In this document: in pieces, positions 11,904-24,188 of the stretch
Position numbering within the stretch: position 1 is the first letter of the stretch
Layout of the letters: each line of letters starts with the position of its first letter
Assembly (NCBI GenBank): GCA_951804945.1
Contig: OX638155.1
Coordinates: 28,768,001-28,832,000 of the forward strand
Reading direction: 5' to 3'
DNA: 64,000 nt
DNA from: Podarcis cretensis
Taxonomy: Eukaryota
Translations under genes and position numbers: made by a program
Notes under the pieces: model-generated
Database searches by the model: none
What the model was told of the DNA's origin: nothing
Seen by the model: only the letters and a program-made list of their open reading frames with translations

Positions 11904-12845
11904 ATAGTACAGTGGTACCTCGGGTTACATACGCTTCAGGTTACATACGCTTCAGGTTATAGACTCTGCTAACCCAGAAATAGTACCTCGGGTTAAGAAC
12001 TTTGCTTCAGGATGAGAACAGAAATCGCGTGGCGGCAGCAATGGGAGGCCCCATTAGCTAAAGTGGTGCTTCAGGTTAAGAACAGTTTCAGGTTAAGAAC
12101 GGACCCCCGGAATGAGTTAAGTACTTAACCCAAGGTACCACTGTATTAAAATTTTCCAATCAAACCAAATTATATATTCAAAATTATACAAATTATCCAA
12201 TAAACAACCCCAATATTATGCCTAATTATAAATTATTATTATTATTTAGCTGACTTCCCATGCTTCGAGATCGGAGGGAATCCTAATAATCTCACAGTTC
12301 TACTGCATTTCGAAGTATTACAATAATTCCCTTAATACATTCTGATGTTAATCCTTCATTATTTTCAACAGCCTCTGCATTCATTCTGCGAGTGAGTTTA
12401 AGTCCAAATAAAATGTTTCTGTGTGGATTTTATGTATTTACTCTTCTTCTTTATAGTCCAAAACTGTAGACCAGGATTCCCCTCTGTAAATTCACATCCT
12501 CTTTTCACAAACTGGTGTTTCTGCCGAATCAGTCCAGGTGACTGTTGTTCCTTAACCAGCTGCTATTCAAACATTAGCTTTTCCCAGGTGGGCGGCGGGG
12601 GGGGGGCTACCAAGTAAACTGGAAGTACAACTATCAAAGAGTAAAATGTTAGAGGTTTACCCCCCACCCCCCATAGCAATATAATTTGATTCAGCTAGCT
12701 GGTCAGTCTACTTTCGGTTTCACTCCTGCCTCCTTGCTGAATTAATACTGCGTCAGAAACCTCCCAAGCAGATATCCAACGTTCTTTGGCCTTTCTCCAG
12801 TCATTAATGAGATGTCTCTTCTACTCCAGTGTAATAAATTGGGGA
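11904..12845 (-). mobile_element. LINE (L1-like) 3' fragment inserted into an older SINE-like element
   Basis: 17-bp flanking duplication gggct(c/a)gtcacacactc (11887-11903, 12846-12862); L1-like composition; family uncertain. Confidence 0.55.
11910..12143 (+). mobile_element. MITE family A, copy 3
   Basis: TIRs and TA TSD as in copy 2. Confidence 0.85.
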
Positions 12846-12984
12846 GGGCTAGTCACACACTCTTATCCCTACGACAACCCTGTAAAGTAGTGTAGGCTAA
12901 GATTGTGTGGGAAGGGGATGTGAACATGTATATGCTGCGAACAGCTCCTGGCGAGCGAAATCTGAATTGTGTTTCTTTGTGAAT

Positions 12985-13092
12985 GGAGATAGCTCAGATT
13001 TAAGACTCTTAAATCTCATGCTTGTGGATTTGAGTCCCGTGTTGGGCCAAAGACTCCTGCATTGCAGGGGGTCCCTTCCAACTCTATGGTTT
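12985..13092 (+). mobile_element. Degenerate tRNA-derived SINE with CR1-like tail
   Basis: gatagctcag...agactcttaaatctca head (tRNA-Lys-like) plus gtcccttccaactcta tail. Confidence 0.55.
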
Positions 13093-14996
13093 GTCGTTTA
13101 AACATGTCACCTCAACACAATTAGATGGCTTCCCCCAAAGAATCCTGGGAACTGTAGTTTAAGGGTGCTGGAGATTGAAGCTCTTTGAGGGGTAAAATTA
13201 CAGTTCCTGGGATTATTTTTTGAGGAGGAACCAAGACAAGGTGCTATGAATGGATGGATCTTTCTTAGCAAGAGGACAATTCTTCTGTATTGCAGGTGAT
13301 GAAGAAAGGTTAGGCCAGGTCATCATGAGGAGTGGAAATCGGGCATGAAAAACACAGCATGCTGCCAGCTGTTTCAGAAAAGAGCTGCATAGTTTTTAGA
13401 GTATGTGTGGTCCGGTTTCTCCTCTAGTTTGTATTCTACTGCAAACAAACAGGTGTGGGTCTTGGGGGTGGGGGTTGTGTTTCTGCTTGGGGACCAGCTT
13501 GCAGAATGTGTGTATTTACACCTGAATTGGGAAGGAGTCAGTGTACTTAAGAAAGTTTACCGCGAGTCCCTCAGGGACCTGTTTGCTTTTTTGGAAATCA
13601 GTTTGGAAACTGTGTATCTGCACCTGACTTGAAAAGGCAGAGCTTTCAGTCATTTTGTCAATACATAGCAGCTGCTCTTGTGGCTAAAGTGGTGGAGTTT
13701 CGAACTTAAGGTCTAAATATTCAGAGCTGCTGAAAGGTGGTTCAAAGTGCAGAAGGGACTTTGCTGTGTGAAGATTTCTATGAGTCATCTCCATTGGTGA
13801 TTTAAATGTTAATTTAATCCATCTGGCTTTTAGTGGTAAGCCAGTGAACAGGGAATAACACATTTTGTGCGAATTAATGTTTGAAAACCGTAAATATTAG
13901 TGGGACAGGTTGTGGCATATCCTGTACATATAGGATTTCCCAATGCCATCATGTAAGTCCACTGAATTGGCTTACAGACTCAGACAGCAGATTTATCTTC
14001 AGGCCACTGACACATTGCTCCCGATCAGCTGTATGCTTGTGTGAATGGACGTAGAAACGATGACTTTGGGTAAAAAAAAAAGTTTTTATCAAGTTCTATC
14101 TTCCCATGAGGAAAAAATGTTCCCTCCAATTCAGAGACTCCCTTATCGCCCCTTTGTATAAACATTTCGTCATTTTGCAGAGTGGCTCTTAAACTAGGGT
14201 CATTGTCTTCATTGTAGGGCTTAGCTTCACATTTCTAAAACAAAACACACACACACATACGTAACAAAAGCGTGATTGCTCCTTGATCTGACGAGGAGAA
14301 TTTGCTTGTGTGTGTGAGCGTAACACTTTTTCCATGTGCCATTTCTATGCTTTGTAAAAAAAATAAAAAAATCATAACCTCCTCAGTTCCAAATATGTTT
14401 CCCTCTGCAAACACACATTTCAAACTCCTGAAGAGCAGGCTGGAATATGCAAGTGTTGTTCAGTTCTGCATATGGTTCAGTTCTCAGTGGTTCCCACTGA
14501 GTTTTGTATGGTGGTGTGTTGGTAGGAGAGAGCAGGAAAGCACAGCTTTGTGGTGCTTAGTTTGGGGGTAAGAGATCCTTTTAACTGTCCCATGCCTGGC
14601 ATCTGATGACAACAGGTGATTTGCCAGGTGTGTATGGTTTCCCCAAACAGCCTTGTGGGACAACTTCAGAGGGCTGGCAGGTCCAGTTAGGCCCATGGCT
14701 TGGTGTAGAGGAAGTCAGAGAATGTGGAAACGAATTAAGAAGAGACTGGATACTTCTTTCATTTGATGGGTGACATATTAATAATAATAAGATGATGATG
14801 ATTGTGCAGGGAACAGTTGAATGCATGTAAAATCAGGATTTAAGGCTGTGTTTAAATTTATAGTGACAAGAAGTGTTTCTAACATTGCCTCCTGCTAGCG
14901 AAGAAGCTGTGAAAGCAAATGGGAAATTTGGACCAGAATAATAGTAAAATTCTCTCTCTGCTCCTCCCTCCTCCCCTCCCCTTTCTTCTTCTTCAG

Positions 14997-15145
14997 AGAT
15001 TCAGATCTGTTTTTGCTGGACACCAGAGCAGTATGGGCCTCCGAAGAAGGCTGGCTGGAGTTTGACATCACTGCCACCAGCAACATGTGGGTGATAAACC
15101 CTCAGCATAACTTGGGACTCCAGATGAGCGTGGTGACCAGGGACG
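14997..15145 (+). CDS. BMP6: BMP6 exon 3 ([49 protein letters not shown])
   Basis: Long polypyrimidine tract then cttcag|14997; donor 15145|gtaagt; 149 nt; phases join exons 2 and 4. Confidence 0.96.
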
Positions 15146-15820
15146 GTAAGTAACAGGCCAACATACTTTAAACATCTGGCCAATGTCCTAGTCATTAATT
15201 GGAAGTGCTGTTTATAGTGTTCAGCTGTGATGTGATGATCTGGCTAATGTAGCCAAGCACACAGCTGTGATGTGATGGCCGGGGTCTGGATCCAACTGCA
15301 CATATTGGAAAGCTGCTCTCTCTAGGCTGCATGCCCCATGTCTGTGGCTGTGAAATTTTGGGAATGCCTGACTTCTGGATGTGAGGGTTGGGGGGGTGGG
15401 GCATGGTGCTTACAGCAAGGTTTTTCTTAAATATAAATAATACCCATAGGTCTCTGTGTGGGGCTGTGGAAGTGTCTTCTGGGAGGGTGATGTGAGCTCC
15501 TCAATTTTTGTGTATCTTTCAACCGGACCAAGAGGCCTTCTGTTTACTTATCTGCTGATGAAATGCCACAGTGCATAACATTGCCTCAGTGTTTCAACCT
15601 CTTTTCCTGATGCAGCTACGGAGAGGAACTTATGCTAAGTTTTGGGGAGTTCTCCTCTCATGCTTCCCTTTTGCAACATGCCACAGATAATTTGGGGCCT
15701 TTGGAGCCCCAGAATTTGACATAATATATTTCACTTTCTGGTGGAATTCAATAGAGCATATGAAGCTGCAAGGGTACCAACTTGAATCAAATATTGGAAG
15801 TGGGGGGCGGGTAAGCCCTG

Positions 15821-16401
15821 TGAAGTGTAGGTGGATTGCCATGAGGCAAGACACAGCGATAACAGCAAGAACCTTTATTGAACTACCGTATTTTTCGCTC
15901 TATAAGATGCACCAGACCACAAGACGCACCTAGTTTTTGGAGAAGGAAAACAAGAGAAAAAAAATTCTGAATCTCAGAAGCCAGAACAGCAAGAGGGATC
16001 GCTGCACAGTGAAAGCAGCAATCCCTCTTGCTGTTCTGGCTTCTGGGATAGCTGCGCAGCCTGCATTCGCTCCATAAGACGCACACACATTTCCCCTTAC
16101 TTTTTAGGAGGGAAAAAGTGAGTCTTATAGAGCAAAAAATACGGTACATAACTGGGAAACGGGGGCAAAGAAACTGCTTATATACATTTCTGAAGGCTTG
16201 AGCCACTCCCACTCCCACCGTGATTGGCTGTCTAAACTTCCAAGCTGCGAATCAAGACTCAGAGTTCAAGGGCCAATGGCAGAGACCCTAATCCTGAAAT
16301 GTTCTGTGATTGAACACCATGTATGGAAACAGAACACAGAAACTCAGAATCCTTAGTTCAGACTCAAGCTCAGGCAAACACAGACCACTGAATACATAAC
16401 A
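15821..16401 (-). mobile_element. Solo LTR (Gypsy/ERV-like) interrupted by a MITE
   Basis: Minus strand reads TGTTATGTA...TTCA; 5-bp TSD ccctg/ccttg; CCAAT (16227-16223), TATATAA (16184-16178) and AATAAA (15879-15874) in LTR order. Confidence 0.65.
15886..16144. mobile_element. Tc1/mariner-superfamily MITE family B, copy 1
   Basis: TIRs CCGTATTTTTCGCTCTATAAGA / TCTTATAGAGCAAAAAATACGG; TA TSD. Confidence 0.88.
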
Positions 16402-17118
16402 CCTTGCCCCACATAATCAATCACAAGACACAGCACACACACAATTTGAATGGCATTGTCCATTAACGGGGGGGGGGGGGGAGGGAGGGCTCAAATGTTT
16501 TACTTAAGGGGTGCAAAGGGACCTCAGCCCCTAGGATTTGGCTCCTATGCAAAGCTGCCTTATACTCAGCATCTAGTCTGGCTCACAATTGCTTTCTGAA
16601 GCCCGGTAATTGGAGAGTGGAGAAGGATCATCGCTCATCCCCATTGCTAAAGCAATTAGAACAGATGGTTCAAAATAATAAACCCTCCAGAATAAATGCT
16701 ACGAGATAAGAAGAGCTGTGAGATAAAATAATTTTTGTTGAATTTGATTAATTTGCCATTTTTGCACAGGTCCCAGAGTTGTCATTATTTTTTATATGGA
16801 GTACACATAACCCTGACCTGTTCCTTAATATTGTCCACTCATTTCCTCCTAAATTTGCAAATTAGCAGAGTGAAGTACCTCTTACAGCACTTGTGTATAC
16901 TTGCGGCCTTTGGAGCCTTAAAGAAGCTTGTGAAGTTTTTACTGAAAATGAGAGTATCCTATGATATCAGCTATAGAGGAGGAGGAGAGAGGGGGAAACT
17001 AAAGAGGGGGGTCAGAAGAACATTAGTTGTAGGAAAGCAGCTGCGTTGCTCAAAAGAGCTATTCAGAAACACTGTGCTCTTTATATGACACACCACTTTT
17101 TTTTTTTTTAATTTATAG

Positions 17119-17316
17119 GTCTCGGTATAAACCCTAGAGAAGCAGGACTAATAGGTCGGGATGGCCCTTATGACAAACAGCCTTTCATGGTGGCTTTTTT
17201 CAAAGTGAGTGAGGTTCACGTTCGGACGGCTAGGTCAGCCTCCAACAGGCGGAGGGAACAGAGTCGAAACCGCTCTACTCAGCCTCAAGATGTTTCCAGG
17301 GTATCCAGTATCACAG
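17119..17316 (+). CDS. BMP6: BMP6 exon 4 ([53 protein letters not shown]...), includes RXXR proprotein-convertase site RTAR
   Basis: tttatag|17119, donor 17316|gtaacc; 198 nt; [15 protein letters not shown] is BMP6-type. Confidence 0.96.
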
Positions 17317-17901
17317 GTAACCTCTTTTCATTGCCTCCTGGATTATGTGAAAATGAAAAGGGGAAAAAATACTATTTTGTAGCTTTCGTTTCCCAAGCAC
17401 TTTACATTCAGAAGCTGCTTTGAATTCATCTCTCATCGTTCAAGTGTTTCATTTCTTCTTCTTTTTTCTTTCTTTCTCATGGTCACAAAAGTTTAGATGA
17501 CCCTCCAAGGGAGGATCTGTTCCCTGGGTAGCAGGAACTCATTGTTCTGCAAGTTTTTGTAGAGTGGGACATCACTCAAAATCATGATGGCTCTATCAAG
17601 GCAAAGTTGATAGAGGAGCCCTACCATTAGGCAGGGTGAGGTAGCTGACCAATCTTATCCTGCAGCCTTGTGATAAAAAACTGAAACGTGTGAAAAACTG
17701 AAAAATTGTTTGCTCAATTGCTTTGGTTGTTGTTATTATTTTAGTATCTGCTCTGATCTACAAAAAACAAACCAAGCATTGCTGAATATGTCTTTCAGTC
17801 AGCTCATTTTCTTTCGTCCTTAAAGTCCAGAACTTACTGTGCTTCTAAACAAACGCCTTAAAAACACACATTTAATTACCTGCCTAGTAATGATTGTTTA
17901 A

Positions 17902-18250
17902 GGGACGCGGGTGGCGCTGTGGGTTAAACCACAGAGCCTAGGACTTGCCGATCAGAAGGTCGGCGGTTCGCATCCCCGTGACGGGGTGAGCGCCCATTGC
18001 TCGGTCCCTGCTCCTGCCAACCTAGCAGTTCAAAAGCACGTCAAAGTGCAAGTAGATAAATAGGTACCGCTCCGGCGGGAAGGTAAACGGTGTTTCCGTG
18101 CGCTGCTCTGGTTCACCAGAAGCGGCTTAGTCATGCTGGCCACATGACCTGGAAGCTGTATGCCGGCTCCCTCGGCCAATAAAGCGAGATGAGCGCAGCA
18201 ACCCCAGAGTTGGCCATGACTGGACCTAATGGTCAGGGGCCCCTTTACCT
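17902..18250 (+). mobile_element. Full-length Sauria-type SINE
   Basis: tRNA-related head with GGTTCG B-box-like motif, TTTACCT tail; 14-bp TSD taatgattgtttaa (17888-17901, 18251-18264). Confidence 0.92.
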
Positions 18251-18820
18251 TAATGATTGTTTAATGCTATTCCACTTGACAAGTAAGTAATAAGCCATGT
18301 ATACAAGTCCAGGCCCAAAGCGGCAAACTAAGCATTTGTCCAGGGTGCAAACCTGCTTCACTTATGCAATTGTCTTGGGAAGAGAGAATGAGCTGCTGTC
18401 TGAACTGTTCAGAGGAGATGCCCAGGGACGGCTTAGGAGTGCCTTGGTTTAAATCTATCCCACTGTCAGAGGAGCTTCCTTTAGCTGAGGTCACAGCAGT
18501 TGAGCTCCAACTCATTTGTAACGGGGAGGAAATAAAGAAGTGGCAGGCAGTAAAAACATCCTACTCAGTTATTTATTGTGCTATTGTTAACACTACTCAG
18601 TGGATCATTGAGAGCAGGCACAGAATTTTAATTTGTCTAAGGCAACAACAACGAAAAAGCCCTGTGCCACTCCTACACACACAACAGTGAATTGTTATGC
18701 TTTTAAGACAGTTAAGTTTCCTTTGCTGCAATGGCTTATTTAAGTACTGGCCTTGATTCAGCTGCATATGCTACATAAACAGCTGTTTGGTATACCTTTG
18801 CAACCGGTTATCTGACAGCA

Positions 18821-19117
18821 GGTACGTAGCCGTGTTAGTCTGCTGTAGTCAAAACAAAATAAAAAAATTCCTTCCAGTAGCACTTAGAGACCGACTACTG
18901 TACGTTTGTTATTGGTATGAAGTGGCATGAAGTAAAGTTACAGTTCTGTCATAAAACCCTGGACTGATATACACGTTGACTGAACATCTTTTACACCCAT
19001 GCTTTGAGAAAGAAGAAGTGGTATCTGAAGAATTGTGCATGCACACGAAAGCTCATACCAGTAACAAACTTAGTTGGTCTCTAAGATGCTACTGGAAGGA
19101 ATTTTTTTATTTTGTTT
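18821..19117 (+). mobile_element. Penelope-like element (pLTR with inverted partial pLTR)
   Basis: 16-bp TSD cggttatctgacagca (18805-18820, 19118-19133); ~70-bp inverted arms (about 18851-18920 vs 19053-19117); hammerhead core. Confidence 0.8.
19019..19060 (+). ncRNA. Minimal type I hammerhead ribozyme motif (Penelope-type)
   Basis: Stem I UGGUAU/AUACCA, core CUGAAGA (19025-19031), stem II UGUG-CAUG-CACA, GAAA (19047-19050), palindromic AGCU helix III, CUC cleavage triplet. Confidence 0.7.
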
Positions 19118-21225
19118 CGGTTATCTGACAGCACAGGTCAGTTTGCTTATTCAGTAACTATAGCAATAGACTCGTGCTCTCAGTATGGAAGCCTACACCT
19201 TTCTCAAAGCATTGGTGTAAAAGATGTTCAGTCAAGGTGTATATCAGTCCAGGGTTTTGTGACAGAACTGTAACTTGACTGACATCTTGTGTTGATGATG
19301 TCTGAGGCAGCACAGATTCCTTTTGAGTTAATTGCAAACTGCTGGTGAACTGATAATGCCATGGTACGATCACACATTTCAGGATATTAAGGCCTTGTGC
19401 CCATTCCAAAACCTTCAGCGGCCCTCTGTGGTTTTCATCAGAGGAATTTGAAAGTGACGCAAGTTTTTCTCCACCATTGGCCAGAGAACTTGGGAAAGAA
19501 GGAACAGCAGGAACAGGCGTCTAAAGTTGCATGCATCTTGCTTCTTTGTGTATACTGTCAAAGTACAGCATATGAAAGTATACTGAAGCAAGGCATTTCA
19601 TTATCTCTCCTAAGCCGACTCCTTTTATGTTAAGTGGGTTAATCAGTTTACAACAGCTGTATCCCTCAAAACAATCGCCTGCTAAAGCAAACCCTGAGAA
19701 AAGGAGAGTCGTAGAGATCTCTTTCAAAACAATGTTGATGTATCCTGGATATTAATTACATTGTAGAATCTGGTGAATGGGCTCATTAGGAGCAGTTCAT
19801 GTGTTTTGGAAGGATTAGCGCCAATAAATATAGCTTACCTACTTTCAGTGGAGAGAAGCTTTTAAAAATTTTAAGTCCAGCCCACGAAAATGCCAAATTT
19901 CACATTAGAACAAACCTTTCTTGTGGTTAAGTTTCGAGGGATGTTCGCTCCAAGGTGCTCCCCACATCTTGGGCTGGGGTGGGGGGAAGACTGGCACGTA
20001 TTTATATTTGTGTAAACTTTAAATATTTAGTTTTTATGCAAATTTAAACTTTTCCATTAACTGATATTGAAACTAAAGTTAAAAACTAGTTCAGAACCAA
20101 CCACATAAAAAATTATTAGGTACCAATACAGTACTCAATCCTGTCTTTTGCACAAATGAATTCCAGTGCTGAGTACAGGGGTCTGCAGTGCTTTGTTAAC
20201 AGTGCAAAATGTAAAAATGCTGATTTCTAGACTGATTGTTACCAACCCAATTTTTGCTTATTTCCAGCCTTTATTTTGCTTTCTGCTACAAATTGCTGCT
20301 TTTATATATATATAAGTTGTTTTCCTTGTTGCTGTTTTAATGTGGACGAGTGTTGGGTGTGGATGGTGGAAGTTGTTATCCAAAACATCTGGAAGGCTCC
20401 AGGTTGGCCAAAACTGTAAAATGTGGCCTGAAACTGCACCACACGATTCTCCTGATTGTTTTCCAGCTGCTAGCTTGGACTGGAAGTACAAGAAGCAGGC
20501 ATTTAACAATGCTTTCCACTTTTGGTCAAGCACAAGTGGCCTTGATTTGAAAGCCAATGGCTTGTCTAAAAACCTCTAGTGATGGGGAGTACATTCTTAT
20601 ACTAGCTAACCATCTTTTGCCAAGTTGATTAAATTTGTGATTCAAGTAGAGTCAATCTGAAGATCTGAAATTGAAATTCTTAAGATTTATTTATTTATTT
20701 TTTTAAAAAAGGAACACTCCCCAAGCTCTTACACTGTTCTCTTTTTAAAACAACTCCCAATCTCTTGTGGTTTCTAGGTTAGGTTTATTTTGAGGCAGAG
20801 GGACGCCAAAACACTGTGCCCCAGCTGGATTCTATGATCGCTTGATGTGCTTTTAGCACTGTACTTTTCCCTTTAAGTAAATACTGGATTTTTTTTTTTA
20901 AAGAAGTTTCCTTCGAGACCCTGAGGAATTGCAAACAACTTCAATAGGAAGATGGTATCTAGAAAGCTGCCTGTGTCCTCCTCTCTGCGGTCTGGTGGCA
21001 CTGAGTCAGTTAACAAAGGGCCTCTATATCTGCAGCCTTGCAGATTACAGGTGTCAAGAGGCTGCAACAAAATTTTGTAAGCATCCGACTAGTAATAATG
21101 AGGATGCTGGCACTATCACGACTTAGGCTGTGACAACTGAAGCACTGCACCCTATATGATGTAAACCTCTGTGGCCAGGTTGGTGCTGGCAAAAACCTTG
21201 TGGGTGTTCTTTTAATTTCAAATAG

Positions 21226-21480
<255 letters not shown>

Positions 21481-22489
21481 TGAAAACAATGCTCGGAACA
21501 CAAAAGTAGATTTCCCCCCCCCCCACCAGACTGAGTTCTGTGTTAGCATAGCTTGGAAGAAAGTTGGGTGAAGGTCTACTTTCATTGAGTTACCTTTTCT
21601 TTCAGATGTTTATTTTGTATTCAGCTTTAAGTAGATAATCACATTTTAGTATGTAGAGCACAATTTCATAGGCTCACCATCAGTGTTTTTAAGCTTCACA
21701 CAATTGTCACTAAAGATGGCTTCCACCATTTTAAATTACCTTTTTTTTTTAAAAAAAAGTTTCGATTTACGTGGCTGATGTTGCTGGTTCCTTTAACTTT
21801 AGCAGCCAAAATCACTATAGCAGTCATGGAGAATGAGATCTCTTTCTTCTATCCTCTTTGCTCTATTGAACCCATGTGTCTTCTAATGTACATAATTATG
21901 GCATAATGTTTAACACCATGTGTGTTGGCTAGTCCAGTCATAAGGCCTTTTTTGAACACAGTTTGTAAGTGCTGCATGGTTCTTGCTAAAAATGCATGGT
22001 TTTTTTACATGCTAGTATCAACCAGTGGTTGACTGTCACTGGTTTCACATGTTAAATGGTTCCAACTCTTTAAAACACTTGGAAGCTTCAGTAGATTTGC
22101 ACACAAATTTGTGCAAGCCCAGATTGCACATATCCTGATGTGTTGCATCTTGAGCTAAACCAAGTGTATAACCCACCACAACCATGGTTTAGTGTGTATT
22201 AACTAGCTACTATACCCATAGACTTTTATTATAAAAAATAACGATGTCATGTAAACATTTTAAGAGTATGTTCTGGTTTATGTCTGCTTTTGGCATGCAC
22301 AGCTCTCTACACATGGGAAAGGAGCTGGCAGATATGAACATATGTGTAGGAGGGTGTAGAGAGAATTAAACAGAGCATTGAAGCATGCTCCATAGAGATT
22401 TATAATACTCTGTACCTACAGCCAATACTTGAATACTGAAGCCAGGACATAAGAAGCTTGTGTATAAGAAAGTGGTAAGACTCTTCTAA

Positions 22490-22846
<357 letters not shown>

Positions 22847-23358
22847 TGAGCAATTCATCCAGCATTTGTGGTTGGGTCTTGGGTAAATGAGGATGGCCAA
22901 GGGATTGCACTTGCAGGATGGGAGAGGAAAGTAACTCTGGGATTAGAAATTAGCCCCATTACCTTTTCTATCCAACCTTTCCTTTAATGAGCTGAGATAA
23001 GCTGCTTTAGTCTAATACACTTGGCTAACTGAGTTGGAATTTGATCTGGGATTCTCATGCTGGTGAGAGGAAGCAGAGTTTTTTAAGAGACCTTTGACAT
23101 ACAACGTAATTTCACTTTTCAAAATACTGCCTTCATGCAGCTTATGGGCACCTTTGATGCTTAAAAATGCCACTTCCAAGTCCCAATAAATATTTATCTC
23201 TAACGGGTAGGCGGCAACTAGGATCATGTGGGGGGATTTAATATTTCCTTGCCCTACCACAATGCCAAGAAAAACTGCTTAACCTTCCTTAGGTTGCAGG
23301 GAAGTTGCCATTGGCTTCAGTGGAAATCTACCATGAGACAAAGGGATAAGGAGGATTA

Positions 23359-23870
23359 CCGTATTTTTCACTCTATAGGACGCACCCGACCATAGGATGC
23401 ACCTTATTTTAGGAGGGGGAGAACAAGGGGAAAAAAAATCTCCCCCTCTCTGCTCAGCGCCCCTTCAGCGAAGCGGCAGGAGAAACGGAGCCCCTTCCAT
23501 TTCTGCTCCTGCTTGGCTGAAGGGGTGCTGTGCAGCTCTCCCTCTCTGCTGAAGCCAGGAGAGTCTTGCTCTCCTGGCTTCGGCAAAAGGAACCTGAAGC
23601 CTCCAGAGCGCAGCAGGAACTCGCACTGTGCTCCAAAGGCTTCAGGCGGCTATCCCTGAAGCCTGGACAGCGGAGGGGTCGGTGCACACCAACCCCTCTC
23701 GCTCTTCAGGCTTCAGCAAAAGCAACGTGAAGCCAAGGAGCGTGGAGGGAGCGCTCCTTCTGTGCTTTGGAGGCTTCGTGTTGCTATCGCTGAAGCCAAG
23801 GAGCCTGCATTCGTATTTCCCCTTAAGTTTTGGAGGGGGAAAAGTGTGTCCTGTAGACTGAAAAATACGG
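23359..23870. mobile_element. MITE family B, longer copy in BMP6 intron 6
   Basis: TIR CCGTATTTTTCA / TGAAAAATACGG, TA TSD; GC-rich internal subrepeats (gctgaagcc). Confidence 0.85.
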
Positions 23871-23990
23871 TAATTGAACAATACATTGAGAAGTCTAATC
23901 TTTAGGGCACAGAGTTGGCCATGGAGATAAAAAAGAGCTAGACACTGCCCCAAGCTGCTTGGAGTCAGGCTCAGAAATGTGATAGATTAA

Positions 23991-24188
<198 letters not shown>

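Noticed and set aside
17902-17990. tRNA-like heads (A/B-box-like motifs) here and at 12985
   Set aside because: These are SINE 5' ends, not complete cloverleaf tRNA genes.
18851-18925. Second hammerhead in the inverted left pLTR arm
   Set aside because: The arm is truncated just after the stem I 3' strand; the CUGANGA/GAAA core is absent, so no cis dimer partner exists.
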